NCBI GenBank assembly: GCA_938031175.1
Contig: CALHGZ010000004.1
Span: 67,635 to 131,634, forward strand
Length of the DNA: 64,000 nucleotides
Direction of reading: 5' to 3'
DNA from: Candidatus Kapaibacterium sp.
Lineage (GTDB): Bacteria; Bacteroidota; Ignavibacteria; Kapaibacteriales; UBA2268
Within the stretch, counting starts at the first letter, position 1. The number at the start of each line of letters is the position of its first letter. Shown one piece after another: positions 1 through 9,840 of the stretch. The notes beneath the pieces are model-generated. The model saw only the letters and a program-made list of their open reading frames with translations, did not search any database and had not been told where the DNA came from. A program made the position numbers and the translations under genes.

Positions 1-86
1 AAGCAAGGTGGGGAAAATATCAAATTAACTTATCTTTATCACATACATCTGCGAATGCACTTGCTTATGTTGTTATTACTATTTAA
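1..86 (+). CDS. acpS: Holo-ACP synthase, 3' end only (truncated by the window edge)
   Basis: Frame from nt 3 reads ARWGKYQINLSLSHTSANALAYVVITI*, matching the AcpS C-terminal 'lSlSH...A.A.V.i' motif; TAA at 84-86; not in the ORF track. Confidence 0.75.
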   Translation, partial: ARWGKYQINLSLSHTSANALAYVVITI

Positions 87-114
87 AAAATATTAACTAT
101 CTCTGGGAGGCATT

Positions 115-771
115 ATGAAGTTATTGTCAGTTTTTGTTTTCTTTCTTTTACTCGGAACGACGTTAGCACAAAAAAATATCGAAGAAATAGAGAAAATCAA
201 TTATCCTTTCGGGGTCGGACCATTTATTTTTGCAAAAGCTGGTGTTAATGCAGCTGATGTAAAACAAGGGATTAAGAATGGAGTGGCAATATCACCTTTG
301 CCCGATTTTGGTGTTACAGGATATATACCATTCAATGATGAATCAAAAATTGGTGCAACAATAGATTTAGCATATTCAACTTATGCCTATGAAAAGAAAT
401 ATTATGGCGATGAAGGAAATCCTTGGACGGATAAATTCCATTATTTCACTATAGCTCCAAATTTACACGTATGGGGATTTTTGGTTGGGTTTGGATTAGG
501 TTTCCCTCTTGGGGGTGAGATAGATAAAAATGCTAGGGAAGTAAAATCAAATGATTTGGAATTTATGTTTGAGCTTCGGGTCGGGGCAATGATACCCATT
601 ATAGAAAGCAATTTTGGACGTTTGAATATATTAATTATGGGGAGCTATTTTTTAACAGGACAATTCACAAATCAATTTGCCAGAGATTTTTATATAGGAG
701 GAGAAGGATACAATACTCATCCTGCTTCGCTTGGATTAGGGATTAATTATATATTCAATCTCACTGAATAA
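115..771 (+). CDS. Outer-membrane beta-barrel protein (porin/OMP-like)
   Basis: Signal peptide, alternating aromatic/Gly beta-strands, terminal strand LGLGINYIF; GGGAGG SD upstream. Confidence 0.65.
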   Translation: MKLLSVFVFFLLLGTTLAQKNIEEIEKINYPFGVGPFIFAKAGVNAADVKQGIKNGVAISPLPDFGVTGYIPFNDESKIGATIDLAYSTYAYEKKYYGDEGNPWTDKFHYFTIAPNLHVWGFLVGFGLGFPLGGEIDKNAREVKSNDLEFMFELRVGAMIPIIESNFGRLNILIMGSYFLTGQFTNQFARDFYIGGEGYNTHPASLGLGINYIFNLTE

Positions 772-779
772 CATAATTT

Positions 780-1436
780 ATGGAATCTGATATTGACTGT
801 ATTATTAGATTTGAGGAAGCCTGGAAAAGTTTAAATTCCAAAACTATCCTAAAGAATTTTAATCTGAAGATACAAATAGGTGAGAAATTAGCACTGAAAG
901 CCCGCTCAGGTTCGGGAAAAACAACCATATTAAATTTAATTATGGGTTTTAGTCAACTCGATAGTGGTAGCATTTTGATAAAAGGTGAAGAATTAAATAG
1001 TAAAAATATCTCCCGACTGCGTTCAATGATATCTTGGTTGCCCCAAAATGTTGATATAATTGGTGGAGATGAATCTGTCTTGGATGTTATTTTACGCCCA
1101 TTTAAATATTCTGCTAACAAAGAGAAGTTACCTGGCAGAGGTTTAATTGAGGAAGTTGCAAATCGCTTGAACTTAGAAACAAGTATATTGGAGAATTCAT
1201 TTTGTAATCTCTCTGGTGGTGAAAAACAAAGAATCGGACTAATGATATGTTATTTACTTGATTCTCCCATAATATTACTCGATGAACCTTCTTCTGCCTT
1301 AGATAAAACTTCGGCTAAGCGTGCTTTGGAATTATTTATGACAGATGTAAATAAAACAGTAATTTCAGCAACGCATGATGAACTTTGGCTAGATGCATGT
1401 ACAAAGATTATAGAGTTGTATGAATCAGAGTGTTGA
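780..1436 (+). CDS. fetA: ABC transporter ATP-binding protein, FetA/YbbL-like
   Basis: Walker A ARSGSGKT, signature LSGGEKQR, Walker B ILLDEP, H-loop ATHD; overlaps a FetB-like permease. Confidence 0.75.
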   Translation: MESDIDCIIRFEEAWKSLNSKTILKNFNLKIQIGEKLALKARSGSGKTTILNLIMGFSQLDSGSILIKGEELNSKNISRLRSMISWLPQNVDIIGGDESVLDVILRPFKYSANKEKLPGRGLIEEVANRLNLETSILENSFCNLSGGEKQRIGLMICYLLDSPIILLDEPSSALDKTSAKRALELFMTDVNKTVISATHDELWLDACTKIIELYESEC

Positions 1437-2217
1437 TATAAGCTGGCTATCGCTCGGATTGGGATTTTTGGTTTTAATTTTACCTTTGATTATTTTATGG
1501 TATTATAAAACGCTTTTAATCAAGCCGATGCTGATTGCTTTTTTGAGGATGTTCGTTCAATTGTTTTTAGTTGGAATATATTTAAAGTATATATTTTTAT
1601 GGGATCACTGGTGGATAAATACGCTTTGGGTTTTGGTAATGATTATTGCTGCTGGTTTTACAATTACCAAAAGAACTGAACTGAATTTGAGATTGTTTTT
1701 ATTACCTATCATAATTGGAGTTACAGCAAATGCAATATTAAACGGACTTTTTATCGGATTGATAATCCTTGGCTTTGATAACTTATTGAAAGCACAATAT
1801 ATGATACCAATCTATGGTATGTTAATCGGAAATTCAATAGGGAGTATGGTTGTGGGATTACGCACTTTATATAAGGGATTGGCAAAGGATGAGGAGCGTT
1901 ACAGATATGCAATAATGTGTGGTGCAACACAAGCTGAGGCAATTATGCCGTTTGTTAGTGAATCATTGAAAACAGCTATAAATCCTATTATAGCTAATAC
2001 TGCAACGATTGGATTAATTTGGTTACCGGGAATGATGACAGGACAAATTTTAGCTGGGAGCGAGCCAATGACAGCTATAAAATATCAAATAATGATTATT
2101 GTTACGATTTTCGTTGCATCTGTAATTTCTCTTTTTTTTAGTATTTTAGTTTCTCAAAAAATGGCTTTTGACGATTTTTCTAGGTTTAATAAGTTAATTT
2201 TTAAAGCTAATCATTAG
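1420..2217 (+). CDS. fetB: ABC permease, FetB/YbbM (UPF0014) family
   Basis: Motifs RMFVQLFLVG, IPIYGMLIGNS, GLIWLPGMMTGQILAG.P..A.KYQI; multi-TM. Confidence 0.85.
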   Translation: MNQSVDISWLSLGLGFLVLILPLIILWYYKTLLIKPMLIAFLRMFVQLFLVGIYLKYIFLWDHWWINTLWVLVMIIAAGFTITKRTELNLRLFLLPIIIGVTANAILNGLFIGLIILGFDNLLKAQYMIPIYGMLIGNSIGSMVVGLRTLYKGLAKDEERYRYAIMCGATQAEAIMPFVSESLKTAINPIIANTATIGLIWLPGMMTGQILAGSEPMTAIKYQIMIIVTIFVASVISLFFSILVSQKMAFDDFSRFNKLIFKANH

Positions 2218-2225
2218 GTGGAAAA

Positions 2226-2534
2226 ATGTTAACACTTGAATTCCAGCATTTTGAGGGCTGTCCCAATGGACCGCAAATGCTTGATAATGTTAAGCGAGCT
2301 ATTACAGGATTGGAAGATAAAATTATATTAAAGGAAGTTTTTGTTGAGACAGACGAAGAAGCAATAAAAAGAAATTTTCGTGGTTCACCAACCTTGCTCA
2401 TTAATGGTGAAGATTTTGAAGGTTTACCTGTTCCGAAAGAGCCTAAATTAGCCTGCCGAATCTATTTAAATGGTATTCCTACCCCAAAAGAATTAAGAAA
2501 TAAGATATTGCAATATTTAGAAGCTGTAAAATAA
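2226..2534 (+). CDS. Small thioredoxin-fold protein (DUF2703 / alkylmercury-lyase-associated type)
   Basis: HFEGCPN, FRGSPTLLINGED and LACRIY motifs. Confidence 0.7.
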   Translation: MLTLEFQHFEGCPNGPQMLDNVKRAITGLEDKIILKEVFVETDEEAIKRNFRGSPTLLINGEDFEGLPVPKEPKLACRIYLNGIPTPKELRNKILQYLEAVK

Positions 2535-2802
2535 GTATTCGTTCTGTCTGATTAGTTTGGTTAGTTACATATAATTTTAGTATAGATAATTTGGTATTTA
2601 CCGCTTGCGTTTGTTTTTTGCCTTGATTAATTCTTGTAATTTCAATTCGAAATTAATCATACTCTGTACTTTACTGATCTCCCTTTTCCTCTAAATGTTA
2701 ATTATCATTTCTAATATACCACAAATTTCAAACTAATTTTTTTTGTATATATTTGTAAAAAACAATAATTTTGTAGTTCTAATAAAATGATTGGAGAAAA
2801 AA

Positions 2803-3183
2803 ATGAATACTTTAGATTTAGTCGAAACGATGTCAATCGAACGGGTAATCGAAGCTAAAAAGGTAAAGGAAGGCGACAATTATAATGAAATACCTGATTT
2901 TAAACCCGGTGATACTATAAATGTTGCTGTTCGGGTAGTAGAAGGTGATAAAGAAAGAATTCAAAATTTTAAAGGTATAGTATTAAAAAGACGTGGAAGT
3001 GGTATAAATCAGACATTTCTAGTGCGAAAAATTTCAAATGGAGTAGGTGTAGAAAGAAACTTCCCGTTATATTCACCTTTGATTCAAAGTATTACAGTTG
3101 TTAAGAAAGGTAGAGTTCGAAGAGCTAAGCTCTACTATCTCAGAGGAATGTCTGAGAAAAAGATTCGACAAAAGATTAACTAA
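2803..3183 (+). CDS. rplS: 50S ribosomal protein L19
   Basis: [47 protein letters not shown]; ATG at 2803 after GGAG (ORF track starts at TTG 2791). Confidence 0.97.
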   Translation: MNTLDLVETMSIERVIEAKKVKEGDNYNEIPDFKPGDTINVAVRVVEGDKERIQNFKGIVLKRRGSGINQTFLVRKISNGVGVERNFPLYSPLIQSITVVKKGRVRRAKLYYLRGMSEKKIRQKIN

Positions 3184-3192
3184 TTTAATAAT

Positions 3193-3224
3193 AATCGGCG
3201 ACATCAAAGGGTCGCCGATTTTTG
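3193..3224 (+). terminator. Intrinsic terminator after rplS
   Basis: 10-bp stem AATCGGCGAC/GTCGCCGATT, 8-nt loop, T-run at its 3' end. Confidence 0.75.
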
Positions 3225-3229
3225 TAAAA

Positions 3230-4009
3230 ATGTCGGATAAACTCCCAATATCAGTTGCAATAATTACCAATAATGAAGAACGCATACTTGCAGTTACATT
3301 ATCGAGTATAGCTGATATTGCTGATGAAATTATTGTAGTTGATTCCGGTTCAACTGATAATACAATAGCAATAGCTGAGAATTTTGGCTGTAAAATATTT
3401 CGGCAAGAATGGAAGGGGTATGCAAGTCAAAAGAATTTCGCTTTGTCGAAATGCTCGAATGATTGGATTTTGTGTATTGATGCCGATGAAGTAGTGAGCG
3501 AAAAATTGAAAAAATCATTAGTTAGCGCTATAAATCAAAAAAAGGTATCTGTATTTCTTATTAATCGTAGAACCTATTATTTGGGTAAGTTACTAAAAAG
3601 AGCCTGGCAGCCTGATTGGAAGCATCGTTTAGTGAATAAATCCGCTAATCCACAATGGGAAAATGATTTTGTTCATGAGACATTGCTTTTCAATGGGGAA
3701 GCTGAAAAGTTACAAGGCGAACTAATACATTACTCTTATCGAAATCTTAATCATCATATTAAAAAAACCATTGAATACGCTAAACTTTCGGCTGAATCAT
3801 TGTATAATAGTGGAATTAAGTTCAAATTTTTAAATTTAGTTCTTAATCCGTTGTTTAAATTTTTACGATTATATATAATAAATTTAGGTTTTGTTGACGG
3901 TATACAAGGACTTTTTGCTGGATTTAGTGCATTTTTCTATACTTTTTTGAAATATGCTTATTTATGGGAGTTAGAGTTTATGGAGAAACACCGAGGTAAT
4001 GGTGAATAA
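3230..4009 (+). CDS. GT2 glycosyltransferase, WaaE/KdtX-like (LPS core)
   Basis: ISVAIITNNEE, VVDSGSTD.T, GYASQKNFA, WILCIDADE, VHE; probable ATG at 3230 (ORF-track extension to 3098 overlaps rplS). Confidence 0.88.
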   Translation: MSDKLPISVAIITNNEERILAVTLSSIADIADEIIVVDSGSTDNTIAIAENFGCKIFRQEWKGYASQKNFALSKCSNDWILCIDADEVVSEKLKKSLVSAINQKKVSVFLINRRTYYLGKLLKRAWQPDWKHRLVNKSANPQWENDFVHETLLFNGEAEKLQGELIHYSYRNLNHHIKKTIEYAKLSAESLYNSGIKFKFLNLVLNPLFKFLRLYIINLGFVDGIQGLFAGFSAFFYTFLKYAYLWELEFMEKHRGNGE

Positions 4010-5135
4010 ATTATTAAAAAGAGTTGAATCTACAATTCGAAAATTATTGTATTGTTTAATAAATATTTTCCTACGAAATCAGAAAATAACAGAGAAAATC
4101 AAACCCGAGACAATCAAAAAAGTATTAGTAATACGGTATGATGTAATAGGTGATTTAATTGTTACTCTTCCTATGATTAAACTAATCAAGCAACTAATTC
4201 CTCACGCAAGTGTTCATTTACTTGCTTCAGAACAGAACTCAAAGCTTATCGAATTTGACAATAATATTGATAAAATTCATCTTTTTGATGGTCGAATTTT
4301 AAAATCATTTTTTAGTCTGTTTGCATTGCGTAAAGAAAATTATGATATAATTTTCTGTGCATTTTATACGCTTGTTACCCGCAACGGGATCATTTGTAAT
4401 ATCATCGGCGGGCGTAAATCAATTAAAGTTAATATTTGGTGTGATGAGAAGAGGTATGTTTTTTTTAACTATCAATCAAGGCTTGCTGCTGAAAAATTAT
4501 CAATGTATGAGAAAATGTATTATATGGCTGCCGATACAATTGCTGGTGGTGATAGATATAATAAAGTTGATGCATATTTGAAAATACCTGATAAATCGCG
4601 CAACAGGTGTTTATCGAAATTGCAAAATTTAGGTCTGACATCGAAAAGATTTATAGGAATTAATTTATCAGCTGGTCGCAAAATAAATGAATGGCCTAAT
4701 GAGCTTTATATAAAATTAATCAATCTTCTATCCCAAAATCTGATAAAAAATGATTTATTGCTTTTTTATCATAAAAATGATTTTTTAAAGGTCCATGATA
4801 TAATCAGCGGATTGGATGCAAATAGGAATAATATCTATATTTATTTACATACCGATGATATTTTGGAAATTGCGGCATTAATAGAGCAGTGCATGTTATT
4901 GATTACTCCCGATACAGGCACCGTTCATTTCTGTTCAGCAGTTAAAACACCGGTTGTTGTTACATATAATGAAGAATACACATCTCGTCTTTGGCATCCT
5001 TACGGAATAAAGTACCGGGCATTAATTTCTGAATCAAAAGATAGAATTATCGTTAGCCCTGATTCGATATATAAAAAAACCATCGAATTATTGCAAGATA
5101 TAAATGAACAAGAGATTATGCATAAATTGTGTTAA
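3999..5135 (+). CDS. GT9 (heptosyltransferase-like) glycosyltransferase
   Basis: RYDVIGD, INLSAG...W, LITPDTGTVH motifs. Confidence 0.88.
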   Translation: MVNKLLKRVESTIRKLLYCLINIFLRNQKITEKIKPETIKKVLVIRYDVIGDLIVTLPMIKLIKQLIPHASVHLLASEQNSKLIEFDNNIDKIHLFDGRILKSFFSLFALRKENYDIIFCAFYTLVTRNGIICNIIGGRKSIKVNIWCDEKRYVFFNYQSRLAAEKLSMYEKMYYMAADTIAGGDRYNKVDAYLKIPDKSRNRCLSKLQNLGLTSKRFIGINLSAGRKINEWPNELYIKLINLLSQNLIKNDLLLFYHKNDFLKVHDIISGLDANRNNIYIYLHTDDILEIAALIEQCMLLITPDTGTVHFCSAVKTPVVVTYNEEYTSRLWHPYGIKYRALISESKDRIIVSPDSIYKKTIELLQDINEQEIMHKLC

Positions 5136-6271
5136 GCCGGGATACATTTAAAGGAATTAATGATAATCAAATTACACGATTGAAAATAGGAAAGAAAATA
5201 GAGATTTTAGTCCGAGATTTAGTTAACAAACTGCTTATTAAAGGCAGCAATACAAAAGTAATTAATTCAGATGAAATTTGTGATGATTTTAAAAATATAA
5301 AAAAAGCACTATTTCTACGGCATGATAGGATAGGAGATGTTTTAGTATCAATTCCGTTTTTCAAAAATTTTCGTGAACATTTTCCAAAAGTAGAAATCGA
5401 TGTTCTATTAAGCGATAAAAATTCAGGTACAAGTAAGGTTCTCAGAAATTATTCCAATAAAATTCATATTTTGCCCAAAGATTTAATCAGGATATATTAC
5501 TTAATTAAAGAATTGAATAGATCGAAATATGATATAATAATAGATATGTTTGATACAGTTTCGACCCGCTCAAATTTGCTTTTACAATTTATAAAATCCA
5601 ATTATAAGCTCGGCTTTGAAAAACCTAATAAATCTCTATATACCCATATCATTCCGATGCCAGATAAATCTCAAATTCATATTGTTGAAAGAGTTTTAAA
5701 TTTACTTACTCCTTTTGGTAAATCCTATGATAAAACACAGATAAGGCTCGAATATCCTCTTGAGGAAAAAATTACAGAAAAAGCTTATCTATTATTAGGC
5801 GAGAAAGTTAAGGAATATAGACTTGGTATTATACTATCTGGTTCTAGTACAGCAAAATTTTGGGGTATTCACAACATCTCTCAATTCATTCGCTTATTTA
5901 ATAAAAAATTTTTCAATTTTGAAATTATTGTATTTGGTACTGAAAAGCATTCAAAAATGATTAATGAATTACCAAAAGTTGATTGCTTAAAAGTTGCCCC
6001 ATACACGAATTCTTTAGATGAATACGCAGCTATGTTAAGTCATTGTGATTATCTAATTACCCCTGATACATCAGCTGTGCATTTTGCATCTGCTTTTTCG
6101 ATTCCATGTCTTGTGATGTATTCTATACCTGTCAATAGTGGATTTTTACCGTGGTATCCGTATAACTCAAAATATACTGCTGTAATCACTAATGAATTGA
6201 GCATACAGTTTATTTGTGCAGAAGAAGTATTAGAGAAATTCTTTGAATTGTATGAATCAACAGGCAAATGA
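5129..6271 (+). CDS. GT9 (heptosyltransferase-like) glycosyltransferase
   Basis: RHDRIGD, HIVER, LITPDTSAVHFASA; start codon uncertain. Confidence 0.88.
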   Translation: MLSRDTFKGINDNQITRLKIGKKIEILVRDLVNKLLIKGSNTKVINSDEICDDFKNIKKALFLRHDRIGDVLVSIPFFKNFREHFPKVEIDVLLSDKNSGTSKVLRNYSNKIHILPKDLIRIYYLIKELNRSKYDIIIDMFDTVSTRSNLLLQFIKSNYKLGFEKPNKSLYTHIIPMPDKSQIHIVERVLNLLTPFGKSYDKTQIRLEYPLEEKITEKAYLLLGEKVKEYRLGIILSGSSTAKFWGIHNISQFIRLFNKKFFNFEIIVFGTEKHSKMINELPKVDCLKVAPYTNSLDEYAAMLSHCDYLITPDTSAVHFASAFSIPCLVMYSIPVNSGFLPWYPYNSKYTAVITNELSIQFICAEEVLEKFFELYESTGK

Positions 6272-7244
6272 AATAAAAATATTACAACTTCAACTCGGGA
6301 CAATAGGTGATATGATTCTTGCAACCCCCACTTTTAGATTATTAAAAGAGAAATTTCCAAATAGCCAGATTGATGTAATTTGTGGAAGTAGAAACTATGC
6401 TGTTATTGAAGATAATCCATTAATCGATAACAAAATTATTTTGACCAAAAGCCCATTGAAATTAATTGGATTGATATATAGACTTCGTAAAGTCAATTAT
6501 AAATACTATATAGATCCGAAGCCTCATTTTTCGAGGGAAAGCAGGATCATCGCTACTTTGATAAAAGCAGATATTAAAATTGGTTATAATACATTGAAAA
6601 GGAGCAAAACTAGATCCTCAAAAGAAGAAAAAAATGAGCACTTTACAATTGAATTGCTAAAACCGCTGAATGAATTGGGTATAGAAATCCCCAAAGCTAG
6701 AATTTTGCCCAACTTATATCTTAATAATGACTCCGAATTATATGTTGAGTTTTTTTTAAAAGAAAAAGGAATAAGCGATTATATACTTATCAATATCTCA
6801 GCAAGCAAGGAAAATAAGAAATGGGTTGTAGAGAAATGGATTCATTTAGTAAAATATCTTATAGAACAAAATTTTACAATTATAGTATGTTTTGCACCAA
6901 CAGAAAGATTAGATGCACAAAAAATTTATGAAAATAGTGATAAAATTTTTCTTTTCAATTCCCGTTCAATTAAAGACATTTATAGTTTGGTTAATAGAAC
7001 AAAATTGCTCATATCGCCAGATACTTCATTAATTCATATAGCTTCAGCATTTGATAAGCCAGTTCTGGCCTTATATAGCGGTATGTCAGATTTTAACACA
7101 AGATTTGCTCCACTCAGTAGTGTTCATCTTGTTATCAATGCGAACGAAGGAGTTGATAGTATAAAAGGTATAACATTAGAACAGGTTAGAACTGGATTTG
7201 AAAAAATCAAATCAAAAATTCAATATTTTAATACGAGGCAATAA
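6252..7244 (+). CDS. GT9 (heptosyltransferase-like) glycosyltransferase
   Basis: QLGTIGDMILATP, INISAS..KKW, LISPDTSLIHIASAFDKP; ATG at 6252 (TTG 6243 in the ORF track). Confidence 0.88.
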   Translation: MNQQANEIKILQLQLGTIGDMILATPTFRLLKEKFPNSQIDVICGSRNYAVIEDNPLIDNKIILTKSPLKLIGLIYRLRKVNYKYYIDPKPHFSRESRIIATLIKADIKIGYNTLKRSKTRSSKEEKNEHFTIELLKPLNELGIEIPKARILPNLYLNNDSELYVEFFLKEKGISDYILINISASKENKKWVVEKWIHLVKYLIEQNFTIIVCFAPTERLDAQKIYENSDKIFLFNSRSIKDIYSLVNRTKLLISPDTSLIHIASAFDKPVLALYSGMSDFNTRFAPLSSVHLVINANEGVDSIKGITLEQVRTGFEKIKSKIQYFNTRQ

Positions 7245-7245
7245 T

Positions 7246-7563
7246 ATGCACTGGCTATATTTATTCATAGCGGGGTTATTTGAAATCGGATGGCCCTTAG
7301 GCTTCAAACTCTCCATTGTTACAGACAACAAGGCTTTTTGGATTGGATTTGCAATAATTTCAATGGGGTTAAGCGGTTTCTTTTTATGGCTTGCTCAGAA
7401 GCAAATTTCAATTGGTACTGCATATATTATTTGGACAGGTATTGGAGCTATTGGAACATTTGTGATAGGGATTATTTTCTTTAAAGACCCAGTTAATACT
7501 ATTCGCATTCTCTCAGCTTTTTTGATTATAGTTGGTATCGTAGGATTAAAAATATCACATTAA
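7246..7563 (+). CDS. sugE: SMR-family transporter, SugE/Gdx-like
   Basis: WLYLFIAGLFEIGW (membrane Glu), IGTAYIIWTGIGAIG, GIVGLK; about 105 aa with 4 TM; ATG at 7246. Confidence 0.82.
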   Translation: MHWLYLFIAGLFEIGWPLGFKLSIVTDNKAFWIGFAIISMGLSGFFLWLAQKQISIGTAYIIWTGIGAIGTFVIGIIFFKDPVNTIRILSAFLIIVGIVGLKISH

Positions 7564-7892
7564 ATTATCAATTTTAAATAATAGTTATAAAATATATTAA
7601 ATTACAAGGAATAAAATGGGAAGCAAGAACCGATAGGTTTCATAAAAATAATTGTGATAGATAACTAAATTTGAATTTCAAAAAATAGCAATGTAATATA
7701 AATCCGCTTGTGTTTATTTTAAAATTATAATGTTTATTTAAAATCGGATAACATTTTAGATCAAAAGGCAAATTCTGTTAGGTAGGATTATTAATGTTGG
7801 CTGGATATATTGAAATATATAAAACAACAAATATAACTTTTGATTTATGAATTTTATAAATATGTTGATTTACAATAATAAAAGGATTATTT

Positions 7893-8768
7893 ATGGGTCA
7901 AAGAATTGTTTTAATAGCAATTATACTAGTAAATTTATTTTCATTAGCTACATTAAAAGCGGAGGATATGCCATCGCATAGAATTTTTACAAAAGATGGC
8001 AAAGCAACAAATTTTAGTAGTTTGCTCGATGCATCACTAAAATCAGAAATCATCTTTTTTGGTGAATTGCATAATAATCCAATTTGTCATTGGCTTAGAT
8101 TACAATTAGTCAAAGCCATATACAGCAAGATTGGTAAAAAATTAATAATAGGGGCTGAAATGTTCGAAGCTGATGACCAGTTAAAAATTGACGAGTATTT
8201 TTCTGGGCTTATTAATCAAACAAATTTTGAAAAAGAAGTAAAACTTTGGAATAATTATAAAACTGATTATAAACCACTCTTGGAGTTTGCAAAAGATAGT
8301 GGATTAAAATTTATAGCAACAAATATACCGAGGCGATATGCATCATCGGTATCAAGGAAAGGATTTGCAATATTGGATAGTGTTGCCCCCGAGGGCAAAC
8401 GTTTTATTGCACCACTTCCTATAGACGTTGACCTTGAACTTCCTGGATATAAAAAAATCAGGGAAGAAATGAAAGGTTCGCATAGCTCTGACTATATTGC
8501 TGAAGCGCAAGCTGTTAAAGATGCTACTATGGCTTATTTCATCTCAAGAAATTATGAAAAAGGGAAATTATTCCTTCATTTAAATGGTTCCTATCACACA
8601 AATAATTTTGAAGGAATTGTTTGGTTTATTGCACGAAATAATCCCAAATTTAAAATGTTAACGATTGCTACTGTTGAACAGGTAGATATTAACTATCTGG
8701 ATGATAAAAATCTTAATATTGCTGATTTTATACTTGTAATACCTTTGGATATGACTAAAACTTATTAA
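7893..8768 (+). CDS. ChaN-family (heme-uptake-associated) exported protein
   Basis: IFFGELHNNP, GAEMFE, W.NY.TDYKPL, ATNIPRRYA, QAVKDATMA, NGSYH; signal peptide. Confidence 0.8.
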   Translation: MGQRIVLIAIILVNLFSLATLKAEDMPSHRIFTKDGKATNFSSLLDASLKSEIIFFGELHNNPICHWLRLQLVKAIYSKIGKKLIIGAEMFEADDQLKIDEYFSGLINQTNFEKEVKLWNNYKTDYKPLLEFAKDSGLKFIATNIPRRYASSVSRKGFAILDSVAPEGKRFIAPLPIDVDLELPGYKKIREEMKGSHSSDYIAEAQAVKDATMAYFISRNYEKGKLFLHLNGSYHTNNFEGIVWFIARNNPKFKMLTIATVEQVDINYLDDKNLNIADFILVIPLDMTKTY

Positions 8769-8785
8769 TTAATACTCAATTATTA

Positions 8786-9346
8786 CTAATCCTTTAGTGA
8801 TTTTGCGATTTTTTTGAAATCATCAATAAACATATTTCTATTTTCTTTTATAGTCCAGCACAAAACTTTGTAAAAATGAGTTTTAGTTTCAACTGATGTA
8901 ACAAGCATAAAGAAGGCTAAATTCTCTTGTTCCCAAGTCATTTCAACTTGAGAAAAATCATTACCATTAGCTTGGAAATTTGCAACGGGCGTGAATTCTC
9001 TGTTCCCCTCGGTTCTGTAGTCCTGAAGAAAATTCTCCAAAAAATCTTCAGCATTTAAGAATTTCATCCCTAAACTTTCGAGGTGTTGCTTATTGTCTTC
9101 TATTACGATTACATAAGCCTCTTTTGCTTCATTTTTATATTGCAATGATGCAACATCATTCAAATCAAAAGTTTTTATCAAATAATCCGGTATCTCCATA
9201 GTATAACAATGACCACCTTTTTGAGTGGACCATTTTTGTGCGTTTAATGGAAAATAAATTATGAACGATAAAATAAATAAAGTTAAACAAAAATCTTTGA
9301 GTTTTATACTATTTAATCGTTGCTGAAAATAATGGTAAATTTTCAT
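8786..9346 (-). CDS. Exported hypothetical protein
   Basis: 186-aa ORF with signal peptide ending LNA-Q; DLNDVASLQY motif; no family recognised with confidence. Confidence 0.6.
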   Translation of the reverse strand: MKIYHYFQQRLNSIKLKDFCLTLFILSFIIYFPLNAQKWSTQKGGHCYTMEIPDYLIKTFDLNDVASLQYKNEAKEAYVIVIEDNKQHLESLGMKFLNAEDFLENFLQDYRTEGNREFTPVANFQANGNDFSQVEMTWEQENLAFFMLVTSVETKTHFYKVLCWTIKENRNMFIDDFKKIAKSLKD

Positions 9347-9476
9347 AAGTTAACTCCAGACTTTATGAATAGATAAATTTTGCAAAAATAATTTTTTTTG
9401 TTCAAATAAATTAATTTTTTTTTCGTATTTTAAATCAGACTATAAAATCTTTTTTTCAAATTATATTGGTGTTATT

Positions 9477-9824
9477 ATGGAATTAAATCAAAAACCTGCT
9501 GTGGATACAAGAATTTATTCACAAATTCAGAAGCTCGATGAAATGGTAACATATCAGGAAGGTGCAATTGTAAGTAGTACAATTATTAGAAAGCCAAGTG
9601 GAAATATTACATTATTTGCTTTTGACGAAGGGCAAGGTTTAAGCGAACATACAGCACCATTTGATGCGATGGTCTATGTTCTCGACGGTGAAACTGAAAT
9701 TATGATTTCAGGTAAAACATACTTATTACAATCAGGCGATGCAATTGTTATGCCTGCAAATGAACCTCACGCAGTTAAATCGATAACTAAATTCAAAATG
9801 GTTTTAGTAATGATAAAATCATAA
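9477..9824 (+). CDS. Cupin domain protein
   Basis: TLFAFDEGQGLSEHTAPFDA and MPANEPHAV cupin motifs. Confidence 0.9.
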   Translation: MELNQKPAVDTRIYSQIQKLDEMVTYQEGAIVSSTIIRKPSGNITLFAFDEGQGLSEHTAPFDAMVYVLDGETEIMISGKTYLLQSGDAIVMPANEPHAVKSITKFKMVLVMIKS

Positions 9825-9840
9825 TTAGAAAGGAACGGAA

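Noticed and set aside
3098-3229. N-terminal extension of the GT2 ORF
   Set aside because: It overlaps rplS and its terminator; GT2 homology begins at ATG 3230
7564-7892. Possible riboswitch or sRNA (AAGGCAAA resembles the c-di-GMP-I start) and a 6-codon ORF MGSKNR
   Set aside because: No supporting stems or downstream consensus; the ORF is too short to support
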